The notes beneath the pieces are model-generated. The model did no database searches. It saw only the letters and a program-made list of their open reading frames with translations, and had not been told where the DNA came from. The position numbers were made by a program, and so were the translations under genes. From an uncultured archaeon (GTDB lineage: Archaea; Asgardarchaeota; Thorarchaeia; Thorarchaeales; Thorarchaeaceae), in assembly GCA_964354495.1 (NCBI GenBank), contig CAYHAA010000021.1:8418-40417 (forward strand): 32,000 bases of DNA. The letters run 5' to 3'. Shown one piece after another: positions 18,283 through 26,505 of this stretch. Every line of letters begins with the position of its first letter. The first letter of the stretch is position 1.

Positions 18283-18786
18283 CTATCCACACTCGTGGAT
18301 TATGATACTGTAGACGAACTGCACTGGTAGATTGAGCGGATGATCACTAATCTTGATGATCTGATACGGATATGTCATGACTGTCAGAAGAATACATCCT
18401 TCACCGGGATGCGTTTCGTCAATGTAGACCACATAATACTCGTCAGTCATAATGATGTGTGTGATGTTCGTCAAATATCCAGATGATTCACGTTCTCCTT
18501 GGAATACAGCAACAAGCATCGTTGAGGTGAAGTTGACGATTGGCACCTCTGGTATGGGGTCATGTCCACTGTACAGTTCTAGCCAGAGGCTCTCCCAAGC
18601 TGTTGCATTTGTAATAGTGAAATTGGCTCTCTGTTCATAATTGTAGCCTCCACCAGGGTCAATCACCTCGAATGATATCTCAGTGCCAGAGAGAAAGCCG
18701 AGGTTAGGTCCTGCCAGTACTAGAAAAGAGACCGCCAAGACAGCACAAACTGCAGTTCCTACAAGAGCTCTAGATAGAGTTTCCAT
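18283..18786 (-). CDS. Membrane-anchored PrcB C-terminal-like domain protein
   Basis: N-terminal hydrophobic anchor, then PIVNFTSTMLVAVFQGERESSGY...HPGEGCILLTVMTYPYQIIKI, matching the PrcB_C pattern. Confidence 0.7.
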   Translation of the reverse strand: METLSRALVGTAVCAVLAVSFLVLAGPNLGFLSGTEISFEVIDPGGGYNYEQRANFTITNATAWESLWLELYSGHDPIPEVPIVNFTSTMLVAVFQGERESSGYLTNITHIIMTDEYYVVYIDETHPGEGCILLTVMTYPYQIIKISDHPLNLPVQFVYSIIIHECG

Positions 18787-18924
18787 GGACTCCGCGCTCG
18801 TACGATATATGCCATGACGATATATAAAACAGTAATATCCTCTGCAACGCAGATTCGTACCACATGCTCAGCAGCAGGTAGGTCGTCTAGTGTTCTCTCT
18901 ACAGTCTTCTGACAGAAGCAATGA

Positions 18925-19562
18925 TGGTGCGGAGGGCGAGGTTTGAATAGAAGAATACGCCATCTTAATCAAGTGTAGGATGTTCTATTGATGGTGCCGC
19001 AATAGGAACACTTCATTGCTGTTCTACCATCCATCATCTCTAGAGGTGCACCGCAGTTTTCGCAGTGAAGGTATCTCTTGTCAAACGCCTTATCAATGCG
19101 CCTTGAATCTCTGGGAACTTTCTTCCTTGCTCTTCTAGCCGCTGACACCCTTGACACGCTTATGATGAGTGGACATAACGCAATAATCACGAAGAGGGCT
19201 CCCACAACCTCTGCAGTGTATACAATATCAGAATACAATCGGAGTTGGGGGTCATAGGTTGGCAGCGAGATGACTGCGATAATTCATTGTGTTGGAAATA
19301 AGACTGCACCACAGAGTTCATCGCCTAAACTGTCGGCAACAGAACATGTCTTAGAACAATAGCTGCCCATCCAGTCGTCGCTCTCAGTAGTACCACACCA
19401 TTTGCATCTCATCACCCTCTTCTTATCGACGGCAATGTAGTGCTTCTCTCTCCGCAATCAGACTCCCACTGAATGATATGTCTGAGATTTGATAAATTCT
19501 CCCTCTCCTCTATATGGTACCATTGGTTAGAAAAGAAAGTGGTGCGGAGGGCGAGATTTGAA
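18925..19562. mobile_element. Mini-island at the tRNA-Leu 3' end bounded by att-like direct repeats
   Basis: TGGTGCGGAGGGCGAGGTTTGAA (18925-18947) versus tRNA 3' end TGGTGCGGAGGGCGAGATTTGAA (19540-19562), 22/23 identical. Confidence 0.8.
18969..19412 (-). pseudogene. Zinc-finger / 2-TM / zinc-ribbon protein interrupted by an in-frame TGA (codon 43)
   Basis: ATG 19412 follows a GAGGGTG SD: MRCKWCGTTESDDWMGSYCSKTC...LFPTQ*IIAVISL... It continues in frame into ORF 18969-19238 (CENCG...CSYCG). TGA at 19284-19286. Confidence 0.7.
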
Positions 19563-19657
19563 CTCGCGGACCCCTACGAGATTTCCCTGAGGCACACAAA
19601 ATTGCCTTCATTAGGGACCTCAACCCTACGCCTTTGACCAGGCTTGGCAACCTCCGC
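19540..19657 (-). tRNA. tRNA-Leu(GAG) with a 30 nt non-canonical intron (19582-19611, position 43/44), CCA encoded
   Basis: GCGGAGG/CCTCCGC acceptor, TAGGG-TTGAGGT-CCCTA anticodon arm, long variable arm, TTCAAAT. BHB central helix TCCC/GGGA with 3 nt bulges; mature length 88 nt. Confidence 0.92.
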
Positions 19658-20242
19658 AGTAGAAGAGCTCATCCCATGAGGGTAATTCTCTCTCCCTTTT
19701 GCATCGGTGATAAGCATTTCTGTTGACGGTCCTCGCTGGGTGAAGATGCATCATTGAAGATCGTTGCACTTGTTGAAACAGCAACAGTTCTGCAAAAACG
19801 AGGGTTTCTGGAACAGAGGGAGTCACGATAAAGCGACAGTTCGATCTGTTCTCATGTGTTCGACTACTCTAATTAGCGAGTAGTACCGGCAAGCCACTCA
19901 AACAGGCTTGATTTTGTCCTGTTCTGTCTCTCTCTCTTGTTCTTCTTATCGTTCATTTTGTTTTTTCACCTTGTATCCATAAAGGTTCGTGAGAATATGT
20001 ATAAGGATGATGGATTCTGCACAGACTTCAGAACCATACTTTTGGAGAACTCTAAGGGCTTCCTTGTCCTGTGCCTTCCTCACCCTTCAAAACCGCTTCA
20101 GAAAGTAAACATGGGCTCCAACCACTCAAAAAGACTATGCGTGCGATTTACTCATATGTAAGTGATATGTTGTTCACGTGTGGTGGGTTGTATCATTGCG
20201 TTTGAGATTTCACCACTGCTTCTGGCACTTGAGGTGGAATGA

Positions 20243-20833
20243 ATGAAGTCGGAGCATGTGGTTATTGCTCTCTTCTTGTTGGCAGGCGTTATCAGCTTGT
20301 TCTACACTCCACATTACTTTTACGACGCAGTGGGACCTTTCGAACCAGAGGATACCGAATCCAGTATCTCAATTGCCCAAGGTGGCACACGGCTTATCAC
20401 TGTCTTTTACAATGACACTTAGCATAATCTGCCAATAGCAAACGCTACAATATCTGTCAACAACACTCGCCCGGACGTTGTAGAGGTCATATCAGCGCTT
20501 CCAGATCCGAATCGTACAGGATACTACATTGTTGCCATATGTGGCAAGACGCAAGGTACCGCATGGCTCACAGTATCTCTCAGCAAGTCAGGATATGATT
20601 TGCAGAGCTATACAGTTCAAGTCGAGGTGTTTCAATATTGGACCCCAGGGCCTCGCCCACCAACTTTCGGTTTGCCAGCTTTGCTCCTCGTAATCATTTG
20701 TGTTGTTTTCTATAATAGACGGTCCAAGAAGAGGAGGAGTGCAGAGAAGCCAGATGAAACATCTGCAGCCGAATCTTCCGAGCCCTCAATTACTCCAAAT
20801 GATGAAGAAGGCCTCAATGGAGAACAGATATGA
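20243..20833 (+). pseudogene. Surface/membrane protein with Ig-like segment, interrupted by an in-frame TAG (codon 60)
   Basis: GAGGTGG SD, then MKSEHVVIALFLLAGVISLF...VFYNDT*HNLPIANATISV..., continuing in frame into ORF 20600-20833 (TM LPALLLVIICVVFY). TAG at 20420-20422. Confidence 0.7.
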
Positions 20834-20836
20834 TGG

Positions 20837-20942
20837 TGGAGCCCCGGGTGGGATTCGAATTCGTGTCTTGATTCGAAATGGACCAAGAACCCACGGCGTT
20901 CTGCTTACGAAGCAGACGCTATAACCGCTAAGCCACCGAGGC
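20837..20942 (-). tRNA. tRNA-Thr(CGT) with a 30 nt T-arm intron (20860-20889, position 53/54), CCA encoded
   Basis: GCCTCGG/CCGGGGC acceptor, TCTGC-TTCGTAA-GCAGA anticodon arm. BHB-like central helix CGTG/CACG with bulges GGT and AAT; mature length 76 nt. Confidence 0.92.
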
Positions 20943-20971
20943 TCGACTGAGCGATGAGCCTCTCTAATCTC

Positions 20972-20987
20972 TAATAAAACTTTATCA
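20972..20987. promoter_or_regulatory. Back-to-back TATA boxes for tRNA-Thr (minus) and thiL (plus)
   Basis: TAATAAAA (minus TTTTATTA) about 30 nt upstream of the tRNA 5' end; CTTTATCA about 35 nt upstream of the thiL ATG. Confidence 0.5.
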
Positions 20988-21021
20988 TGAAGCCCAACTT
21001 CATCATATTGAGGTTCCCATC

Positions 21022-22014
21022 ATGAAGGCAGGTGAATTAGGCGAACGTGGTTTCATTGCCAGTGTACGCACTTACGTCAATATGGTCAAGGGTGCAAGAC
21101 TTGCTTTTGATGATGATGCGTCAGACTTTCCTATTACTGATGATCTGAATCTGGTTGTGAATATTGACACCTTTGTTCGTAAGACGGACTGGCTGCCAGG
21201 AATGACAGCGGCACAGGTTGGTCGGAAGACTGCGGTCATGACTCTGAGTGACCTTGCCGCAAAGGGGGCAAAGCCAGTTTCTACCATGCTATCCCTGTGT
21301 GTACCGGAGAACTATGATGCTGCGGAGGCAAGTGAGCTAGTCCGCGGTTTCTCTGAATATGGGCTCAAGGCTGGCATCCCACTGATTGGTGGTGACACGG
21401 GTATGGCCTCTGATATCGTTCTCACTGGAGTGGCGATGGGAACTGCGCCTCCCAACGGGATCATTGCACGCAATGGTGCAAAGGTTGGTGATATCGTAGC
21501 AGTCACTGGTCCTTTCGGACTCACGTCTGTCGCATATGAGATACTGCTTCGTGAGGGGGTGGCCGAACCGGAACTTCGCGAAGAGGCACTTCTCGCCGCC
21601 TACAAGCCCGCCATCAATCTCGATATTGTTGCCGCTCTTGCTGCGAGAGGTGCAGTGACTGCCTCCATGGATAGCAGTGATGGTCTGGGGATTACGCTGA
21701 ACACCATCGCAGAACAGAGCAAGGTCCGCTTTGTCATAGACCATCTGCCTGCTGCAAGAGGTATTGAGGAGTTTGCCCAGACCCACATGCTTGATGAGAT
21801 GAAACTTGTCATGCAGGGCGGTGAGGAGTTCCTACTTGCCATAACAATCCCTACGTCAAAGTATGAAGAAGCAAATGACATTGCACAGTCAAAACAAGTC
21901 CCACTGATGAAGATAGGCAGTGTCCGGAAGGGGAAGGGAGTAGTCTACCAATCCTCTGAGGGACAGGTTACCATTCCTTCATCAGGCTATGATAACTTCA
22001 AGGAATGGCGATAG
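21022..22014 (+). CDS. thiL: Thiamine-monophosphate kinase
   Basis: Motifs GELGERGFI, DDDAS, NIDTFV, SDLAAKGAKP, LIGGDT, GAKVGD, MDSSDGL and GGEEF. Confidence 0.93.
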   Translation: MKAGELGERGFIASVRTYVNMVKGARLAFDDDASDFPITDDLNLVVNIDTFVRKTDWLPGMTAAQVGRKTAVMTLSDLAAKGAKPVSTMLSLCVPENYDAAEASELVRGFSEYGLKAGIPLIGGDTGMASDIVLTGVAMGTAPPNGIIARNGAKVGDIVAVTGPFGLTSVAYEILLREGVAEPELREEALLAAYKPAINLDIVAALAARGAVTASMDSSDGLGITLNTIAEQSKVRFVIDHLPAARGIEEFAQTHMLDEMKLVMQGGEEFLLAITIPTSKYEEANDIAQSKQVPLMKIGSVRKGKGVVYQSSEGQVTIPSSGYDNFKEWR

Positions 22015-22035
22015 GTCTTAGATTGGTGATTGAGT

Positions 22036-23763
22036 ATGAAGGTGGATCGTGTCGCTCTAATCGATGGATATGTCGATGAGCCCACATGTCTTGGTGTTCC
22101 ACCATATGTCAGTACGTACCCTCGCTACATTGCGGGTGCAATCTGGACGAAGAGCCCATCCACGGAGATACTGTATCAGACAATAGACCAAGTTCGGGTC
22201 AGCTTCACAGCCGCGCAACGGCTCTGGGCAAAGACCAATCTCATCATCCTGATAGCTGGAATGATAGTCCCTGGCAAGTATGTCGGAGGGACCCCTATAT
22301 CGATTCGGGAGGCAAAGGAGCTCTTCTCATCACCTATCCTTGATCACATACCAAAGCTGCTAGTAGGGCCTTGGGCTCGATTTGGCTGCGGAATAGAGGG
22401 TGGAAGACTAGCTCTTGGGTCTGATGTGTTATCACCCCCATTCGAATTCATCGTGTCAGGAGACCCCGAGGTTGTAGTCAGCCAGGTTCTCGATGATGGC
22501 AACACGCTGGATTCCGCCGACTTGGGCATGGTCCGTTCAAGCTCTCAGGAGATTGAACACTTTATTGAGCGGGGCACACGCATAGTCACCCAGCATCCAG
22601 GGTTTGACAAGAACTATATCATCTGCGAGATCGAGTCGTATCGAGGCTGCCCCCGATTTCTCACAGGAGGCTGCTCCTTCTGCGTTGAACCTTCATACGG
22701 TGAACCTCAGCAGAGGGCTTATTCAGCAATCGCTCAAGAGATAGCGGCTCTCAGCAGTCTGGGCATACGCGCCTTCAGAATTGGTCACCAGGCAGACCTG
22801 TTCACCTACGGTTCCACAGAGATGGGTGAGGAGGAGTTTCCCAGACCTAACCCAGATGCAATAGAGCACTTATTCTCAACGATTCGTCATGCTGCTCCGA
22901 CTATTGAAGTGCTGCATATTGACAATGTCAATCCTGGTACTATCGCACGTCACCCCAAGGAGTCAACTGCTGTCGCTAAGATCATAATGAAGTACCACAC
23001 CCCGGGCGATGTTGCTGCGTTTGGCGTGGAGTCAGTGGATCCTGAGGTAATCCGCAGGAACAATCTCAAGGCCGATGCTGATGAAGTACTGGATGCGGTC
23101 CGTCTTCTGAATGAGGTGGGAAGGACGCGGCCGCCCTGGGGTCTTCCACATCTTCTCCCGGGTATCAATCTTCTCTATGGGCTCCCAGGGGAGAGCAAGA
23201 AGACGCTGGAGTACAATCTGGTCTTCCTGCAAGAGCTTCTCAAGGAAGGTCTTCTGGTTCGCCGAATAAACATCCGGCAAGTGATTGGACTTCCCGGGAC
23301 CCGGATTGTAGAAGAGAGAGCAGGAAGGATTAGAAGAAATGAGTTTTACAGGCATCGAGAAGAGGTGCGTGATACCATCGATGTTGAGATGATCAAGCGG
23401 GTCGCTCCTCTGGGCACGATTCTCGAATCGGCCTTCATTGAGGTTGACGAGGCCAATCATTACCTGCTACGACAACTAGGAACATATCCACTGCTTTGTC
23501 ATATGCCCAAAGGGAGAGAAGAAACAGGAAGACGGTCTGTCTTCGTTGTTGACCATGGACCAAGGTCTCTTACTGTACTCCCATATCCCTTCAAGATACA
23601 TCACGCATCTCTCTTGCAATGGAGGGTGATACCGGGGATTGGTGCAAAACGGGCAGTTCGCGTCAAAGGTGCGGAACATGTGGCGGACCTACAAAACCTC
23701 GAAGCGCAACTTGAGATGGAACTTCCAGATTGGTTTGTTCGGACACTCAACTTTGATCAGTGA
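22036..23763 (+). CDS. Archaeal radical SAM protein (COG1031-like) with C-terminal HhH
   Basis: IDGYVDEPTCLGVPPY N-terminus, GCPRFLTGGCSFC (Cx7Cx2C), IDNVNP, AAFGVES, NIRQV and IPGIGAKRA HhH. The GGTGA SD favours ATG 22036. Confidence 0.85.
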   Translation: MKVDRVALIDGYVDEPTCLGVPPYVSTYPRYIAGAIWTKSPSTEILYQTIDQVRVSFTAAQRLWAKTNLIILIAGMIVPGKYVGGTPISIREAKELFSSPILDHIPKLLVGPWARFGCGIEGGRLALGSDVLSPPFEFIVSGDPEVVVSQVLDDGNTLDSADLGMVRSSSQEIEHFIERGTRIVTQHPGFDKNYIICEIESYRGCPRFLTGGCSFCVEPSYGEPQQRAYSAIAQEIAALSSLGIRAFRIGHQADLFTYGSTEMGEEEFPRPNPDAIEHLFSTIRHAAPTIEVLHIDNVNPGTIARHPKESTAVAKIIMKYHTPGDVAAFGVESVDPEVIRRNNLKADADEVLDAVRLLNEVGRTRPPWGLPHLLPGINLLYGLPGESKKTLEYNLVFLQELLKEGLLVRRINIRQVIGLPGTRIVEERAGRIRRNEFYRHREEVRDTIDVEMIKRVAPLGTILESAFIEVDEANHYLLRQLGTYPLLCHMPKGREETGRRSVFVVDHGPRSLTVLPYPFKIHHASLLQWRVIPGIGAKRAVRVKGAEHVADLQNLEAQLEMELPDWFVRTLNFDQ

Positions 23764-23773
23764 TGAAACAGAA

Positions 23774-23883
23774 TGGCGGGCCCGGTGCGATTTGAACGCA
23801 CGGTTTCCAACTTAGAGGGCTGGCGCCCTGTTGACCAACATAATGCGCAAATTGCGCAATGTTCCTGGCTAGGCAACGGGCCC
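23774..23883 (-). tRNA. tRNA-Arg(TCT) with a 32 nt D-loop intron (about 23832-23863), CCA encoded
   Basis: GGGCCCG/CGGGCCC acceptor, CCAGC-CCTCTAA-GTTGG anticodon arm, TTCAAAT. Relaxed BHB GCCA/TGGT with bulges GGA and CAA; mature length 78 nt. Confidence 0.9.
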
Positions 23884-23986
23884 TGCAGTCCCCCTCTTTT
23901 TGGATAGGACATAAAGCTTTCCGATAGACCTCTCCCCTATTGTGATGTGGACTGCGCTGGAGTGAAGGTTTATTAGCATACAAAGT

Positions 23987-24003
23987 ACTTTGCAATACAA
24001 AGT
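23987..24003. promoter_or_regulatory. Palindromic operator candidate for the downstream wHTH regulator
   Basis: ACTTTG-CAATA-CAAAGT immediately after TATA-like TTTATTAG, with a second half-site ATACAAAGT upstream. Confidence 0.6.
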
Positions 24004-24022
24004 CAGTTGTTAGTGATAGAGA

Positions 24023-24655
24023 ATGAATGAAGAGTTGAAACTCAAATCGGTCGAAAGGGAGTCATTTCTTGAACTGATGCAGGATGGATTCACGGAAATT
24101 CTTGCAGGTATGATCTTTCTGGTATTTCCTGCCTTTTTCCTCGAACCAGGGTTCCTGTTTGTCTTCGTTATCTTTTATATCATTTTCATGCCTCAGGTCG
24201 TTGAAGCAATCAGGCAGAAGTATACATACCCTCGAATAGGATATGTGAAACTGCGTGAGGGTGCGCCTCCGAAACTCACACTCGAAATACCGGTCGCTGT
24301 GTTACTCATCTTCGTTACGATAATTGCTATTCTCTACATTGCGTCAATGGGCGTTATTGATAGACTCTTCATCATGAAATGGATGCCCGCTGTCTTTGGA
24401 TTCATCATGTGGGGTCCTTCACTCTACCTCAAGGATAAGACCGGCCAGAACAAGTACTATCTACCCGGAGCTCTCATGTCGCTAACAGGTGTAGTGATAT
24501 CAATCGCAGACTTCCTGCCAGCTGAAATCGAGACTTCAATCTTTATGAACGGTTGGGGACTAGCGTTTACCATCTTGGGCCTTGTACGCTTTCTTCTATT
24601 CATCCGGAAGTATCCCGTGGCTGGTAATCCGGAGGATGGCAGAAGTGAGCAGTGA
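24023..24655 (+). CDS. Multi-pass membrane protein
   Basis: About six or seven hydrophobic segments; internal KYTYPRIGYVKL motif typical of membrane partners of wHTH regulators. Confidence 0.8.
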   Translation: MNEELKLKSVERESFLELMQDGFTEILAGMIFLVFPAFFLEPGFLFVFVIFYIIFMPQVVEAIRQKYTYPRIGYVKLREGAPPKLTLEIPVAVLLIFVTIIAILYIASMGVIDRLFIMKWMPAVFGFIMWGPSLYLKDKTGQNKYYLPGALMSLTGVVISIADFLPAEIETSIFMNGWGLAFTILGLVRFLLFIRKYPVAGNPEDGRSEQ

Positions 24656-24959
24656 AGATAGCAATCATCCAATAGAGATTGACAAGCTCATTCATGAGCC
24701 GGCAAGACTGCAGATCATGGCACAGCTCTATGTCGTCGAAGAGGCAGACTTTCTCTTTTTGATGCGGAAGACTGGACTTACTTGGGGGAATCTCTCATCA
24801 CATATGAGCAGACTTGAAGCAGCAGGATACATTGAGATAAAGAAGGAGTTCCTGGACAAGAAGCCCCACACTATTCTTCGGATGACAGTCAATGGCAGAG
24901 CCGCTTTCGATGACTATCAAGCTGCGATAGGAATGGTCTTTGCTGACCTTCCTCGGTAG
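24645..24959 (+). CDS. Winged-helix transcriptional regulator (MarR/ArsR-like)
   Basis: IDKLIHEPARLQIMAQL...ADFLFL...TGLTWGNLSSHMSRLEAAGYIEIKKEFLDKKPHT. Start is GTG 24645 (GGAGG SD) or ATG 24636. Confidence 0.88.
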   Translation: MSSEDSNHPIEIDKLIHEPARLQIMAQLYVVEEADFLFLMRKTGLTWGNLSSHMSRLEAAGYIEIKKEFLDKKPHTILRMTVNGRAAFDDYQAAIGMVFADLPR

Positions 24960-25076
24960 GGACGAAGATGAGAAGCCGCCTCTCACCAACCGAGGTTTCC
25001 TGTGCTTGACACTCGGGCTCGCAATGATTTTCTTATGTGACTCAATGAGAAACCTCTCGGTCCTCTGTATACATTC

Positions 25077-25532
25077 CTACACAATGTATGAGATAGCCGC
25101 TGGCGCGATACCTAGGAGTCGGTAGTATACAGTGATCTGTCCTCGATGGTGAATGCTATGTTCTAGCATCTCCAAGATGATCTCCCCCACTGCTGCAGGA
25201 CGGCCGGAAGTCTTCATGATCCTTTTCAAGTCCAATGTTGATAGTCTGCTAGTGTATGCTCTCACCCTGTCAAAGACATCTCCGGCAAGCTGGATGATCG
25301 CCTTAGATGTAGTATAGGTCTTAAGGTTGTATGGAAGAGGTTCCCAGACACCAGTTACAACTCCCTTCATGTAGAACTCTACCGACCTCAGCAGGTGTAG
25401 CACCAACTCCCCAACTTCTCTACCCCCTGCGACAGGTCTGCTCATGATGTCGATGCCATTAAGCTGCTCTATCAGAGGCATTGTCTCTTCGAGGTGTCGT
25501 CTGATGGAGTCTTCGAGTAATTGACGCATCAT
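25077..25532 (-). CDS. DinB/YfiT-like metalloprotein
   Basis: RPVAGGREVGELVLHL and EMLEHSIHHRGQITVYYRLLGI, the DinB His triad pattern. Confidence 0.88.
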   Translation of the reverse strand: MMRQLLEDSIRRHLEETMPLIEQLNGIDIMSRPVAGGREVGELVLHLLRSVEFYMKGVVTGVWEPLPYNLKTYTTSKAIIQLAGDVFDRVRAYTSRLSTLDLKRIMKTSGRPAAVGEIILEMLEHSIHHRGQITVYYRLLGIAPAAISYIV

Positions 25533-25587
25533 TCCAGAACTCTCATCCTAGTAGAAGCGAAATCTGCTCAAAAGATGCTCGATGCAG

Positions 25588-26352
25588 CTACACGCCCCGA
25601 AGCCCCTCACAGAATGCTAGTATGTTCTCACCAAGGTCGTCGAAATTGTATCCTCCCTCAAGCAGAGCATATCTTCGGCCGTCACATCTCTCCATCGCAA
25701 AATCATGCATCAGCACACCAATCTGATGAAATGCCTCTGTTGAAAGGTTCTCTCCCCAATCATCCTCATACTCGTCAAACCCAGCGGATGCCACGATGAT
25801 ATCAACATCGGGTGAGTCGTCGAGGTGCTTCTTGACATTCGCCAGATACTGCCTGTCGCCATGCCCCTCTGGATTATAGATATGGAACTTCTTATCATCA
25901 CCAAGGATGTTGATGTTTCCATCACCTGTATGTAAGTCGAAATCCAAGATGAATGCGGAATCAATGAGCCCTCGAAGCCTCAGATCAATTAATGACACTG
26001 CGATATTGTTGAAGTAGCAGTAGCCCCAGTGTGAGCTCTGAGACGCATGATGACCGGGTGGTCGAATGAGGGCAAAGCATGGTTCACCCCTCACTGCGAT
26101 ATCTCCAGCCAGAATGGCTCCTCCAGCGGCAAGATAGGCCATCTTCCCAAGCAGCTCATCTCTCTCTATATCTTGAACTAGACTCATGGAGTGAGCTCTG
26201 AGTATCTGTTCTTTACTTGCAGGCTCTGGCTGAATGAACTTGTATTCTGGATGCTTGCTGAGTATCTCAACCGCAGACTCCAGTCTTCCTGGTTCTCCAG
26301 CGGGCGTATCATCGTATGACTGCAGCATCAGAGGATGATAGACAACCTTCAT
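25588..26352 (-). CDS. Compact Zn-dependent histone deacetylase family protein
   Basis: Motifs RPPGHHA, GYCYFNNIAV, LDFDLHTGDG, SAGFD and LEGGYN. Confidence 0.9.
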   Translation of the reverse strand: MKVVYHPLMLQSYDDTPAGEPGRLESAVEILSKHPEYKFIQPEPASKEQILRAHSMSLVQDIERDELLGKMAYLAAGGAILAGDIAVRGEPCFALIRPPGHHASQSSHWGYCYFNNIAVSLIDLRLRGLIDSAFILDFDLHTGDGNINILGDDKKFHIYNPEGHGDRQYLANVKKHLDDSPDVDIIVASAGFDEYEDDWGENLSTEAFHQIGVLMHDFAMERCDGRRYALLEGGYNFDDLGENILAFCEGLRGV

Positions 26353-26505
26353 ACTACCCCCTTGTGTGTTCTATCATTTGTGTCTGTGGGTGCAAGTTGC
26401 TGGTCGTTCAGCGAGCACAATAAAAAGAATTCAGTGGGCAGTACAGGCTCGCGGCCTGCCTGTCCAGTTTGTGTATGAGATTTGGAGTGAGCAAGGAGAA
26501 TAGAT

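Noticed and set aside
19660-20240. Second island bounded by a tRNA-Thr att repeat, or a hidden RNA gene
   Set aside because: No copy of the tRNA-Thr 3' end or tRNA-Leu 5' end was found by eye. There are only short isolated hairpins (e.g. 19863-19884) and no credible ORF.
19284-20422. Genome-wide stop-codon reassignment
   Set aside because: Core genes here end normally in TGA (rpl11) and TAG (rpl1, rpl12), so any read-through would have to be site-specific.
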